Source: a virus
Taxonomy: Duplodnaviria; Caudoviricetes
DNA: 44,051 bases
IMG/VR virus record: IMGVR_UViG_3300048855_000073
Coordinates: 1 to 44,051 of that record
Strand: one strand, 5' to 3'
The translations under genes were made by a program, and so were the position numbers. Each line of letters opens with the position of its first letter. The stretch's first letter is position 1. The notes below the pieces were generated by a model. That model had not been told where the DNA came from and did no database searches. It saw nothing but the letters and a program-made list of their open reading frames with translations. Positions 1-7,439 of the stretch are shown one piece after another.

Positions 1-186
1 GGCCTGGCTTACGCGCCGTCATGTAGCCTTCCAAGCGGATCCCCCGCCGCAGCTCGCCCCGTACAAACCTATCCCGCCCCGTTGAACGCCTGTCGGCCTC
101 TCCATAGGAGGCATCTCGGCCCGATAATACGCAGGTATCGTGCCGGGCTTCTGTTCCCTGCCATACCGCCTCATTCCATGCGCTCG

Positions 187-810
187 TTACCCCACCAGGT
201 GCCCTCCCCTGGCCTTCCACGCTTCCTCCAGCGATGCCCACGACTGGCTGCCCAGCTCCTCGAGCTTCCGTCGCACCGCCGCCGGCACCCAGCGACCGCG
301 CCAATCCCGGGCCGATGCCGCTACTAGATATTCTGAGGGTTTAGCTACCGGGTCGGTTTGACCCTGCCTGAAATCGGGCAGCCCAGCCGGGAAGCTGTAG
401 GCGTTGCTGGTGCGCATGGCCTTGCGGATCATGTGGATCCGCTCCCCCACCCGCACCGGCCAGCTGGCGGCACGCATGCGGGCATGCACCCGCAGCAGCC
501 CCCAGGCTTGCAGGGTTCGGACCGCACGCTTGACGCTGGCCAGGCTGACGGCCGCCTCGCGCGCGATGAAGTCCATGCTGGGGATCAGTACGCCGGCGCC
601 TTTGGGGGCCTTCCAGAGCATCCAGTCGAAGACCAGGCGCATGGTGCCCGTGAACGGGCCCTGCGTGCCCTTGCGGCGGTGCATGCGGTTGATGCCCAGC
701 ATGCGGCGCCACAGGGCGCCACGGTGCTCGGCCGAGGCCGCGCAGCCAGGCGCATGGGCATAGGGGATCGGCGACGATCCGGGGCGGATCGCGGGGGTAT
801 GCGTGGGCAA
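187..810 (-). CDS. Plasmid replication initiator (winged HTH Rep)
   Basis: HTH segment IPSMDFIAREAAVSLASVKRAVRTLQAWGLL and RTSNAY motif typical of alphaproteobacterial plasmid Rep proteins; TTG start with GAGGAG SD; next to par genes. Confidence 0.75.
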   Translation of the reverse strand: MPTHTPAIRPGSSPIPYAHAPGCAASAEHRGALWRRMLGINRMHRRKGTQGPFTGTMRLVFDWMLWKAPKGAGVLIPSMDFIAREAAVSLASVKRAVRTLQAWGLLRVHARMRAASWPVRVGERIHMIRKAMRTSNAYSFPAGLPDFRQGQTDPVAKPSEYLVAASARDWRGRWVPAAVRRKLEELGSQSWASLEEAWKARGGHLVG

Positions 811-925
811 TGCTCTCTCCTCGGAGAGCCGCCGGTGCGGTCATGCAGGGTTCACCAGGACGCAGATCTACAGGCGCAAAACAGGCTTGCGTTCGGAAGC
901 TCTGGGCTGGATGATGCCGGGGAGA

Positions 926-963
926 ATTACGTCAGTCTGTCATGATGTATTACGTAAGTCTGT
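926..963. repeat. Centromere-like array 1
   Basis: ATTACGTCAGTCTGT ... GTATTACGTAAGTCTGT. Confidence 0.8.
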
Positions 964-1044
964 GGAACATCTGCCAGGATGAACCACTGCAATCAGCGTG
1001 ACAGAGTTTGGTACCCGGTATCGTCTAGCTTTTGTGTCCTGATG

Positions 1045-1080
1045 GCCCTCGGCGTTACCGCGCCGGGGGCTTTCTCTTTT
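1045..1080 (+). terminator. Intrinsic terminator, antisense to the rep leader (candidate ctRNA 3' end)
   Basis: GCCCTCGGCG-TTACCG-CGCCGGGGGC stem-loop followed by TTTCTCTTTT. Confidence 0.7.
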
Positions 1081-1165
1081 ATGGGCTCATGGAGTCCTAA
1101 GGGGTTGAAGGAACAGGCAGCGTAGGGGCCGCCCTTGGGGTTCGCAACGCTCAAGCAGCAGGCCC

Positions 1166-1477
1166 TCAGGCCCGCCGCTTCTTCACTTCCCGCTCTCGCA
1201 GGTCCTCGGCCGCCATCGGAACCCCGAAGGCGTCCAGAGCTAGTGCCAGCAGCTGGCGCTGGGTCAGGCCGCGACGCTTCGCTTCCTGGGCAATGGAGAC
1301 CATGCTGCTTTCCATCATGCGCACGGTGTGGATCCCCGGCTTGTCGGGCTTGGCCGGCGGCGGGGCAGGCTGGATCGGCGCTGTTGCAGGCGGCAGCTCC
1401 GGCGCCACCTGCCGCGCGACGCTGACCAGCTGGGCCGGATCCATTGGGGGGCGGGATTTCAGGACAGGGCGGGCCAT
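1166..1477 (-). CDS. Type Ib partition partner (ParG-like, C-terminal ribbon-helix-helix)
   Basis: Directly downstream of parA; disordered Pro-rich N-terminus, then HTVRM strand and two helices; GGAGG SD before ATG 1477. Confidence 0.65.
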   Translation of the reverse strand: MARPVLKSRPPMDPAQLVSVARQVAPELPPATAPIQPAPPPAKPDKPGIHTVRMMESSMVSIAQEAKRRGLTQRQLLALALDAFGVPMAAEDLREREVKKRRA

Positions 1478-1493
1478 ACCGTCAGCCTCCGGC

Positions 1494-1537
1494 ACAGACT
1501 GACGTCAGTCTGTCATACGGTATTACGTAATACGTCA
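1494..1537. repeat. Centromere-like array 2
   Basis: Perfect 20-bp palindrome ACAGACTGACGTCAGTCTGT (1494-1513) and 14-bp palindrome GTATTACGTAATAC (1520-1533). Confidence 0.85.
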
Positions 1538-2182
1538 TGCTGCAGGACGCTTTACGGCAGGCAGCCAGCCACCTTCCTGTAGCTCCTCCAGCAGGGCAGC
1601 GATCTCGGCCGCCGGCTTGCCCTTGGCGGGCAGGCGTCCGCTGAAGCTGATCTCGCCATAGGCGGTCAGGCTGGACAGGCTGGCTTGCAGGCGGGGCAGG
1701 CGGGCGGCTTCGGTCGCCGCGTGGCGGGACAGGTTCGTCTCCTGCACCCGGTTCAGCACCACCTTGCTGGCGATATCGCGCCGGGATGCGGTCGAGAGGC
1801 CCTGGACCCGTTGCACGGTCCGCTCGGCTTCGGTCACATCTGCTTCCCCGGGCAGCATAGGGATTAGCACCAGGTCGGCGGCCGTCATGGCCACGGCGGC
1901 CGCCTGGTTGCCGAACCCGGCCGTGTCGACCACCACCACGCCGAACTGCTGGGCAAGGTGGCTGACCAAATTCGCCAGCCCGGTCTCATCGGTCTCGTGG
2001 TGGCAGGGGAAGGCAGGGCCTTCATAGGTGGTCGAGACCCAGCGAGAGAGGGCGCCAGTCGGGTCGGCGTCGATCGCCGCCACGCCCACCCCATCGGCAG
2101 CCAGGCTGGCCAGCAGGATCTGCGCGAGCGTGGTCTTGCCCGGCCCCCCCTTGCTGCTGGCGAGTGCGATGATCTGCGGCAT
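1535..2182 (-). CDS. parA: ParA family partition ATPase (short type Ib)
   Basis: Deviant Walker A KGGPGKTT, IDADP, VVVDTAG motifs; about 215 aa with no N-terminal HTH. Confidence 0.93.
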   Translation of the reverse strand: MPQIIALASSKGGPGKTTLAQILLASLAADGVGVAAIDADPTGALSRWVSTTYEGPAFPCHHETDETGLANLVSHLAQQFGVVVVDTAGFGNQAAAVAMTAADLVLIPMLPGEADVTEAERTVQRVQGLSTASRRDIASKVVLNRVQETNLSRHAATEAARLPRLQASLSSLTAYGEISFSGRLPAKGKPAAEIAALLEELQEGGWLPAVKRPAA

Positions 2183-2207
2183 GGATTCCCCCATGGTGAT
2201 GGGCAAC

Positions 2208-2253
2208 CGTAATACAGACTGACGTAATACGTAAGTCTGTATTACGTCAGTCT
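2208..2253. repeat. Centromere-like array 3 (parA promoter region)
   Basis: 15-bp inverted repeat AGACTGACGTAATAC (2216-2230) / GTATTACGTCAGTCT (2239-2253) with GTAAGTCT spacer. Confidence 0.85.
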
Positions 2254-2455
2254 AGGCAGCAGGGGCCTTGTCCTGCGTCTCTGCCGGGCGCGGCTGCTCT
2301 GGCGCCAGCTGCTTCAAGCCGGCCTCGATCAAGCGTCGGATCGCCTCGGCTTCGGTGCCGATGCGGTTGGAGAAACGGAAGTCATCCACCGCCTCCGCAA
2401 TATCGGGCGGTAGCGAAACGAGCTTCCGGCTTGCCATGGTTTTCGGTCGTGCCAT
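2252..2455 (-). CDS. Ribbon-helix-helix (Arc/CopG-like) regulator
   Basis: RKLVSLPPDIAEAVDDFRFSNRIGTEAEAIRRLIEAGL RHH pattern; divergent from the antirepressor. Confidence 0.8.
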   Translation of the reverse strand: MARPKTMASRKLVSLPPDIAEAVDDFRFSNRIGTEAEAIRRLIEAGLKQLAPEQPRPAETQDKAPAA

Positions 2456-2470
2456 GCGGCCACCATAGCA

Positions 2471-2539
2471 GCATCACAAACGCTGTGAACCACAAAACCA
2501 TTGACTGCTGAATAGTGATGCAGTGATACTTTGCATCGC
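2471..2539 (+). promoter_or_regulatory. Antirepressor promoter with GTGATGC/GCATCAC operator half-sites
   Basis: TTGACT (2501-2506)-N18-GATACT; GCATCAC 2471, GTGATGC 2515, GTGATAC 2523, GCATCGC 2533. Confidence 0.55.
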
Positions 2540-2615
2540 AAAAGGTGCCCCCCATAGCGGGGGGACCTTGGCTCCATGCATGGGCATGTTGGGCTATGTT
2601 CGGAGGGCTGTGCCT

Positions 2616-3152
2616 ATGGCTACCGGCACCATCATCACCATCGAATTCCGGGACGCGACATTGCTCGCAGTGGAGCGGCCGGAGGGGATCTTCATCCCTC
2701 TCACGCCTATCTGCGATGCCATCGGGATCGATGCCGAGAAGCAGCGCGATCGGATGCGGCGTGACCCGATCCTGCAAGAGGGCTTGGTGCTCCTGCCGAT
2801 GCCATCCGCCGGAGGGCGGCAGGAGATGCTCTGCTTGCGGCTCGATCTGGTGCACGGCTGGCTGTTCAGCATCGACCACGAGCGCGTGCGGCCAGAGGCT
2901 CGGGATCAGCTCCTAGCCTTCAAGCGCGAGTGCTTCAGCATCCTGTTCGAGCAGTTTTACAGCCGCAACCGAAAGGGCGAGCACAAGGCGCCCAGCTACC
3001 GGGAGAAGATTGCTCTGGTGCGAGAGGCCCGCGTCACCATGGGGAAGGAAGCGGCGGCGCAAGTCTGGAAGGAACTCGGCTTGATCCATGTGCCCGCCAT
3101 GGACGCTTTGCAGGGCAGCCTCTTTCCCGCGGGGAGCAAGTCCGCAGCCTAA
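2616..3152 (+). CDS. Phage antirepressor (P22 Ant N-terminal domain)
   Basis: FIPLTPICDAIGID..Q.DR..RD and MLCLRLDLVHGWLFSID..RV motifs; GGAGG SD. Confidence 0.85.
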   Translation: MATGTIITIEFRDATLLAVERPEGIFIPLTPICDAIGIDAEKQRDRMRRDPILQEGLVLLPMPSAGGRQEMLCLRLDLVHGWLFSIDHERVRPEARDQLLAFKRECFSILFEQFYSRNRKGEHKAPSYREKIALVREARVTMGKEAAAQVWKELGLIHVPAMDALQGSLFPAGSKSAA

Positions 3153-3256
3153 GGGTCTCTGCTCAACAGAGATCCTTCATTCCTACGGCCGAGGGCGCGG
3201 CTGGTACCCGCATCCCTCGGCCTGACCATCACCGACAACCGTCAGGAAAATCAGCA

Positions 3257-3682
3257 ATGGCTACCCGCATTCTATCGGCCGGACGCGCCAGCGTCACGCG
3301 CCGGGCCGCCCTGTTCGTCAGCGGCCTCGCGGCCGCCGCAGCGCCCGCCTCGGCCGCGCCGCCATCCCCTGATGCCAAGCTGCTGGATCTCTGCCAGCTC
3401 TGGTCCCAAGCACTGCTGACCGCCCAGCAGTACCGCCGCTTCCATGTCCGCACCGTGGCGGATGAGGAGCGGCACCGCGGCATGACCGAGTGGCTGGACG
3501 GCCGCGTCTACGAGCTGCAGGGGCAGGTGGCGGCGCTGCCCGCAACGACCCTGGCAGGGCTGCATGCCAAGGCGCGCGTGGCGCAGCTGGCGGGCTGGGA
3601 GGACAAGACAGTTTACGATGGGCTGGATCCCGAGCTGGGGGATTCTCTCTGCCGGGACCTGCTGGCACTGTCGGCGCTGTAG
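3257..3682 (+). CDS. Hypothetical protein with Tat-like N-terminus
   Basis: TRRAAL plus Ala-rich segment; PATTLAGLHAKA motif; AGGA SD. Confidence 0.7.
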   Translation: MATRILSAGRASVTRRAALFVSGLAAAAAPASAAPPSPDAKLLDLCQLWSQALLTAQQYRRFHVRTVADEERHRGMTEWLDGRVYELQGQVAALPATTLAGLHAKARVAQLAGWEDKTVYDGLDPELGDSLCRDLLALSAL

Positions 3683-3684
3683 TT

Positions 3685-3732
3685 CGGAATGACGTAATAC
3701 GGAATGACGTATTACGTCATACCGTATTACGG
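3685..3732. repeat. Centromere-like array 4
   Basis: CGGAATGACGTAATAC GGAATGACGTATTAC GTCATACCGTATTACGG. Confidence 0.8.
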
Positions 3733-3841
3733 AGCGGCGCTGGTTTGCCGGCACTTCCTGCGAGGTCGGGCGAATTGGTACGATGGTACACCTGTACCAT
3801 GGTGCAGGCGCATGAAGGTGGCACCGTACCGGAGGTGAGTG

Positions 3842-4138
3842 ATGGCGGCAGGTGGGTTCTGGGACGACAAAGATGAGATGATCAAGGTGACCCCCGATAT
3901 CGCCGTCTATAACGACGTCGAGGGGAATCTCGTGATCCGTGAGCGGTCAAGCTGGAACGAGCAAGACGATACCCTCATCGTCATCCCGGTTGACTGCGGC
4001 CCCCGTATGATTGCCGCCTTGCTCCAGATCCTGAAGGAGCAGGAGCATCAGAGCGTCACCGTTCTTCAGCCGGGCGCAGACGGGAAGGGGACTGAGACAG
4101 TGATCCGCCTGCCATTTATACCGCAGCCGGAGCTGTAA
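3842..4138 (+). CDS. Hypothetical acidic protein
   Basis: GGAGG SD; protein-like composition; bounded by arrays 4 and 5. Confidence 0.65.
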   Translation: MAAGGFWDDKDEMIKVTPDIAVYNDVEGNLVIRERSSWNEQDDTLIVIPVDCGPRMIAALLQILKEQEHQSVTVLQPGADGKGTETVIRLPFIPQPEL

Positions 4139-4148
4139 CCGTACTTCT

Positions 4149-4185
4149 GAATGACGTAACTCCGTATTACGTATTACGTCAGTCT
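4149..4185. repeat. Centromere-like array 5
   Basis: GAATGACGTAACTCCGTATTACGTATTACGTCAGTCT. Confidence 0.8.
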
Positions 4186-4370
4186 CCGTAGATCCCCGCA
4201 TAGATCGGGGCGGCCGCCGCGTGCTGGGCCAGATGCGCGGCGGCCTCTACCACCAGGCCATCCAGCAGAAGATCATCGATCACCGCCCATTGGTCCGGGT
4301 GCAGGCGGCCGTCCTTCAGGGCGGCCGTGGCATCCTTCAGGATCCTGCGTGGCGTCGGGGGAGGGGGCAT
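4179..4370 (-). CDS. Hypothetical early protein (MPPPPTPRRILKD...)
   Basis: Last gene of leftward operon; overlaps the tail of the upstream ORF. Confidence 0.5.
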   Translation of the reverse strand: MPPPPTPRRILKDATAALKDGRLHPDQWAVIDDLLLDGLVVEAAAHLAQHAAAAPIYAGIYGD

Positions 4371-4590
4371 CGCTCGCCTGCAGATTACAGCGGGGGCAGG
4401 GGATGCCCCGCTTCGCCTGGCTGACCGTGTAGCCAGTCTGCCAGCCGCTGTTGAGGCCGCATCGTCGGCACTGGAATTCCACCACCTGGCCGCCGCCGGC
4501 GGCATTACCGGCGTCCCGCACATGCATGCGCTTCAGCGGGGCAGCGCGCGTTGGGGGCGGGAACAGCGCCCCCTGACGGCTGCCCTTCAC
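4273..4590 (-). CDS. Small Zn-ribbon protein
   Basis: CRRC ... CPRC pairs; GTGA coupling with upstream ORF. Confidence 0.6.
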   Translation of the reverse strand: MKGSRQGALFPPPTRAAPLKRMHVRDAGNAAGGGQVVEFQCRRCGLNSGWQTGYTVSQAKRGIPCPRCNLQASDAPSPDATQDPEGCHGRPEGRPPAPGPMGGDR

Positions 4591-4754
4591 CGGAAGCTCT
4601 TCAATCCGTGGCGACGGTAAACGGCATCGGCGGCGTCCAGCATGGCAGCGGATTTACCCTCCGGAGGCCCGCGCCAGCTCTCCGCGGCCGCTGTCATTGC
4701 GAGCATGGCTTCGTGGTAGGGCGTGAGATCGCTGCGGGCGTCGCGGTTGATCAT
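4587..4754 (-). CDS. Hypothetical 55-aa early protein (MINRDARSDL...)
   Basis: Read by hand; 4-bp start/stop overlaps with both neighbours. Confidence 0.55.
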   Translation of the reverse strand: MINRDARSDLTPYHEAMLAMTAAAESWRGPPEGKSAAMLDAADAVYRRHGLKSFR

Positions 4755-4948
4755 GGTAGCAAGCTCCCCTGCGCCGCAGGCGGCACAAGGGTGCGGAGGG
4801 TTTCCAGGGCAGCGCGCATGGTCTCCGTCTCAGCATCGGCCTTGGGCTGGGTCATTTTGCCGGCCTGGACCCACCTGGGATAAACGCGCTCCCGCATCCG
4901 TACCTCACGCTCCAGGCAAGCGACTTGCTGCTGAATGGTCGGGGTCAT
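4751..4948 (-). CDS. Small phage protein (MTPTIQQQVACLEREVRMRERVYPRWV...)
   Basis: Pattern recognised from alphaproteobacterial phage early genes; TGATG coupling. Confidence 0.7.
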   Translation of the reverse strand: MTPTIQQQVACLEREVRMRERVYPRWVQAGKMTQPKADAETETMRAALETLRTLVPPAAQGSLLP

Positions 4949-5304
4949 CAGCTCGCCTGCCCGGCTGCAGGTGAGGCCACCCGCTGCGCCAGCTGCCGCA
5001 GCTCCAGGTAGTCCGGAACCGGCTCCCATCCAGGGAGCCATTCCGGCGAGGGGCCGCCGCAGAGATCCTGCACGGCCGTCTCGAAGGCGCCGAGCTGGCC
5101 CAGGACGCGGATCTGCACCAGCGGGAAGATCATCACCGGCCGGGCCGCGATGCGTAGCTCGCGGGGCAGGGGCCTCCGCCCCCACACGCGCTCGCCGGCG
5201 GGCCAGATCCGCACCTCCCGCAGATCGGAGCGGATGGCGTCCAGCGGCGACCACCGGCCGAGGACCACGAAGCCCCCGCCGGGAAGATAGGCGATGACCT
5301 TCAT
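4948..5304 (-). CDS. Hypothetical early protein
   Basis: Coupled overlaps with neighbours. Confidence 0.6.
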   Translation of the reverse strand: MKVIAYLPGGGFVVLGRWSPLDAIRSDLREVRIWPAGERVWGRRPLPRELRIAARPVMIFPLVQIRVLGQLGAFETAVQDLCGGPSPEWLPGWEPVPDYLELRQLAQRVASPAAGQAS

Positions 5305-5639
5305 TGCACCCCCTCACGGGCAGCGAAGGCGATCCGCTGCCGCTCCACCTGGCGCAGGGCGACAGCCACCGCCGATCCCGGCTCGGTCAGGCGCGCGGTT
5401 TCCCCTTCGCCCACCGGCCCCTGCACCTCGACCAGCCGCAGGTTGCGCAGCCACATCAGCCGGATCAGCACGCGCATCATCGGCCCGGCCGTGGTGATCA
5501 GCTCGCGATCGGCCGGTAGCCAGAGCAGGAGGTCAGCCTCGCAGGGGGTCAGGCGCTCGATGATGCTCTGCACCTGGTCGGGGGCCAGCGGCGGCGGCGG
5601 GACAAGAACAGCAAGCGATTTCGAGGCACGGTCAGCCAC
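5301..5639 (-). CDS. Hypothetical protein, winged-helix-like
   Basis: GTG start; RLTPCEADLL...LRLVE...ARLTEPG wHTH-like pattern. Confidence 0.55.
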   Translation of the reverse strand: MADRASKSLAVLVPPPPLAPDQVQSIIERLTPCEADLLLWLPADRELITTAGPMMRVLIRLMWLRNLRLVEVQGPVGEGETARLTEPGSAVAVALRQVERQRIAFAAREGVQ

Positions 5640-5889
5640 GGTCGAACCCCCGGTCTCGGATTGCGGAATGCAGGGCATGCACCAGCTGCCGCCAGCCCAG
5701 GGCCCGGGCGGCGGCGCCCACCCGGGCGGAGCTGCGCGGCCGGAGCAGCCTGACGTCCTGCTCTGCGCGATTGGCTTCATCTTCCAGCAGGTCCAGCACC
5801 GTGCTCGCCATCTTCTGTGGAATGGCAAGCATGATCAGATCTGGCGACGGCGTGGCAGGGCGCCCCACCAGCCTAGGAGAGGCGTTCAT
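5632..5889 (-). CDS. Hypothetical early protein
   Basis: ATGA coupling; helical composition. Confidence 0.55.
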   Translation of the reverse strand: MNASPRLVGRPATPSPDLIMLAIPQKMASTVLDLLEDEANRAEQDVRLLRPRSSARVGAAARALGWRQLVHALHSAIRDRGFDRG

Positions 5890-6032
5890 TCCCAGGTTCT
5901 CCCGAGCTCGGCCGAGATGCGATAGTCCCGCAGAGACTGCGAGGGCGGTTGATCGCCAGCGCCCGCGGCCAGGATCATGATGGCCATGAGCAGCGCGACG
6001 GCGGCACAGAGGGCAGTTTCGGCGCGGCTCAT
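5886..6032 (-). CDS. Small membrane protein
   Basis: MSRAETALCAAVALLMAIMILAAG hydrophobic segment; coupled overlaps. Confidence 0.55.
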   Translation of the reverse strand: MSRAETALCAAVALLMAIMILAAGAGDQPPSQSLRDYRISAELGRTWE

Positions 6033-6292
6033 CGGGCGGCCTGTTCGTCGGGATGCACGGTGCCGCCGCGCTTGGCGAGCACCACCATGCCGCGCTCGAC
6101 GCGCTTCAGCTCCGCGCGCGCATTCGCTTGGGCGCGATGGCGCGTGGCGGTCATCACCGGCACCACGGAACCCGTGGCAATCCAGCGCAGGCGCATGCGG
6201 CCGACACCGCTTTTGCCTACGTACTCCCAGCCGCGCTCTTCGGCCCAACGGCGCAGGCGGCGTGCAAACGCGGATTTAGAGGCGGCGCTCAT
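6029..6292 (-). CDS. HicA-like (dsRBD-fold) small protein
   Basis: RRLRRWAEERGWEYVGKSGVGRMRLRW..TGSVVPV pattern. Confidence 0.45.
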   Translation of the reverse strand: MSAASKSAFARRLRRWAEERGWEYVGKSGVGRMRLRWIATGSVVPVMTATRHRAQANARAELKRVERGMVVLAKRGGTVHPDEQAAR

Positions 6293-6531
6293 ACCCGATC
6301 CTCCCTGTCGAAAAAGAGATCTGCGCGGGTCTGGGAATCCAGCTCGACATGGCTGCTGATGGCGTTCTGCAGATCGTCGACTTCCGGCAGTTCCTGGAAG
6401 TTGGTGCCGACCCAGAGACTGATGCGGCTGTTCGCATAGATCTGGGCGAAGAAGGTCTGAAGCGGCTCATCCCAGCCGACAACAGCGGTGTAGCGGTGCG
6501 GCGCCAGGGCCGGCACTGAGCGGCGGCTCAC
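6289..6531 (-). CDS. Hypothetical phage protein (VVGWDEPLQTFFAQI motif)
   Basis: Coupled overlaps; GWD..L.TFFAQ motif. Confidence 0.65.
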   Translation of the reverse strand: MSRRSVPALAPHRYTAVVGWDEPLQTFFAQIYANSRISLWVGTNFQELPEVDDLQNAISSHVELDSQTRADLFFDREDRV

Positions 6532-6956
6532 GCAGCAGCCTCGCGCTGCGACTGGGCCATCCCTTCCAGAAGCTCTGCGACGCCTGCTGCATCGGCCGTG
6601 CCATAGGCACGCAGCGATCGCGCCGCAGCTCGAAGCGCAGCAGGCGAAGGTGTGTCTATGCTATCGGCGCCAAGGGGAACATCAGCACGGTGCGGCGCCA
6701 TGGCGCGGAACAAGCCAGCAAGGGAGCGATACCTTTGCCGAGCAGCGCAGGGCCAGGACGAAGCCGCAACTTCGTCGGCCATTTCAGCCATGATCAGCAA
6801 AGCGTCAGACGTGATGCCAGGCGAGGCGAAGGCACGCTTGGCAAAACTGAAGAATGGGGCGTGCAGCGTTCCTGCCGTTGTCAGGAATGCTGGGCGTGCA
6901 GCGGCTACGCTAGGGCAGTCAGGCGGGTGGGCAGAGGATGCTCCAACCTTCGACAA
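6528..6956 (-). CDS. First gene of early-left operon, hypothetical
   Basis: TTG start with AGGGAGG SD just downstream of PL. Confidence 0.6.
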   Translation of the reverse strand: MSKVGASSAHPPDCPSVAAARPAFLTTAGTLHAPFFSFAKRAFASPGITSDALLIMAEMADEVAASSWPCAARQRYRSLAGLFRAMAPHRADVPLGADSIDTPSPAALRAAARSLRAYGTADAAGVAELLEGMAQSQREAAA

Positions 6957-6985
6957 CGCACAGTCCTCCCTGTTGAAGGAAGATC

Positions 6986-7038
6986 AATGTGCGATATCTG
7001 CACAAAATAAGTCAACAGGTGAGTGCGCATATCGCACA
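6986..7038 (-). promoter_or_regulatory. PL promoter with two 17-bp operators
   Basis: TTGACT-N18-CACATT on minus strand; TGTGCGATATCTGCACA (6988-7004) and AGTGCGCATATCGCACA (7022-7038). Confidence 0.75.
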
Positions 7039-7039
7039 C

Positions 7040-7348
7040 TCACTTGCGTGCGCTGGGCATCCTGGCGCCGATCTCTAGCCATGTCTCCGCGTCTTCAGGG
7101 CTCATGCGCTGCAGCAGCTCCATGGCCTTACCAAGCTTCTGGCTGTCCTCTCTCCTGTCCGGGTGAAACTCCAGGTCAATCGGAGAAATGCCGAATATCC
7201 TTGCGACTTTCGTGATGTGGTCCTGAGTGAGCTGCACCTTCCCGTTCTCCCAACGCCCGTAGGTAGTGTGGGATGTTCTCAGTTTGTTCGCAACCCCAAC
7301 CTGTGATAGGCCGAGATGTAACCGCCATTCCTTGAGGTAGATCGTCAT
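7040..7348 (-). CDS. CI-like XRE repressor without peptidase domain
   Basis: LKEWRLHLGLSQVGVANKLRTSHTTYGRWENG HTH; 102 aa. Confidence 0.85.
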   Translation of the reverse strand: MTIYLKEWRLHLGLSQVGVANKLRTSHTTYGRWENGKVQLTQDHITKVARIFGISPIDLEFHPDRREDSQKLGKAMELLQRMSPEDAETWLEIGARMPSARK

Positions 7349-7381
7349 GTGCTTACTGAGCACACCTAGGTTGGGCGTGCG

Positions 7382-7433
7382 GCAGCGAAGATCGCACATC
7401 GACCTTGACCGGGCTGTGCGGTTTTCGCACAGT
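7382..7433 (+). promoter_or_regulatory. PR promoter with two 17-bp operators
   Basis: TTGACC-N17-CACAGT; GCAGCGAAGATCGCACA (7382-7398) and TGTGCGGTTTTCGCACA (7415-7431). Confidence 0.75.
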
Positions 7434-7439
7434 GCGCGC

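Noticed and set aside
1-186. Small ORFs or plasmid origin downstream of rep
   Set aside because: No convincing coding signal or iterons; only a weak hairpin near 118-148
2930-3256. N-terminal extension of the 2930-3682 ORF
   Set aside because: Overlaps the antirepressor and leader hairpins; the SD supports ATG 3257
926-4185. Repeat arrays as a CRISPR array or integron attC sites
   Set aside because: No constant repeat-spacer period, no cas genes and no integron integrase
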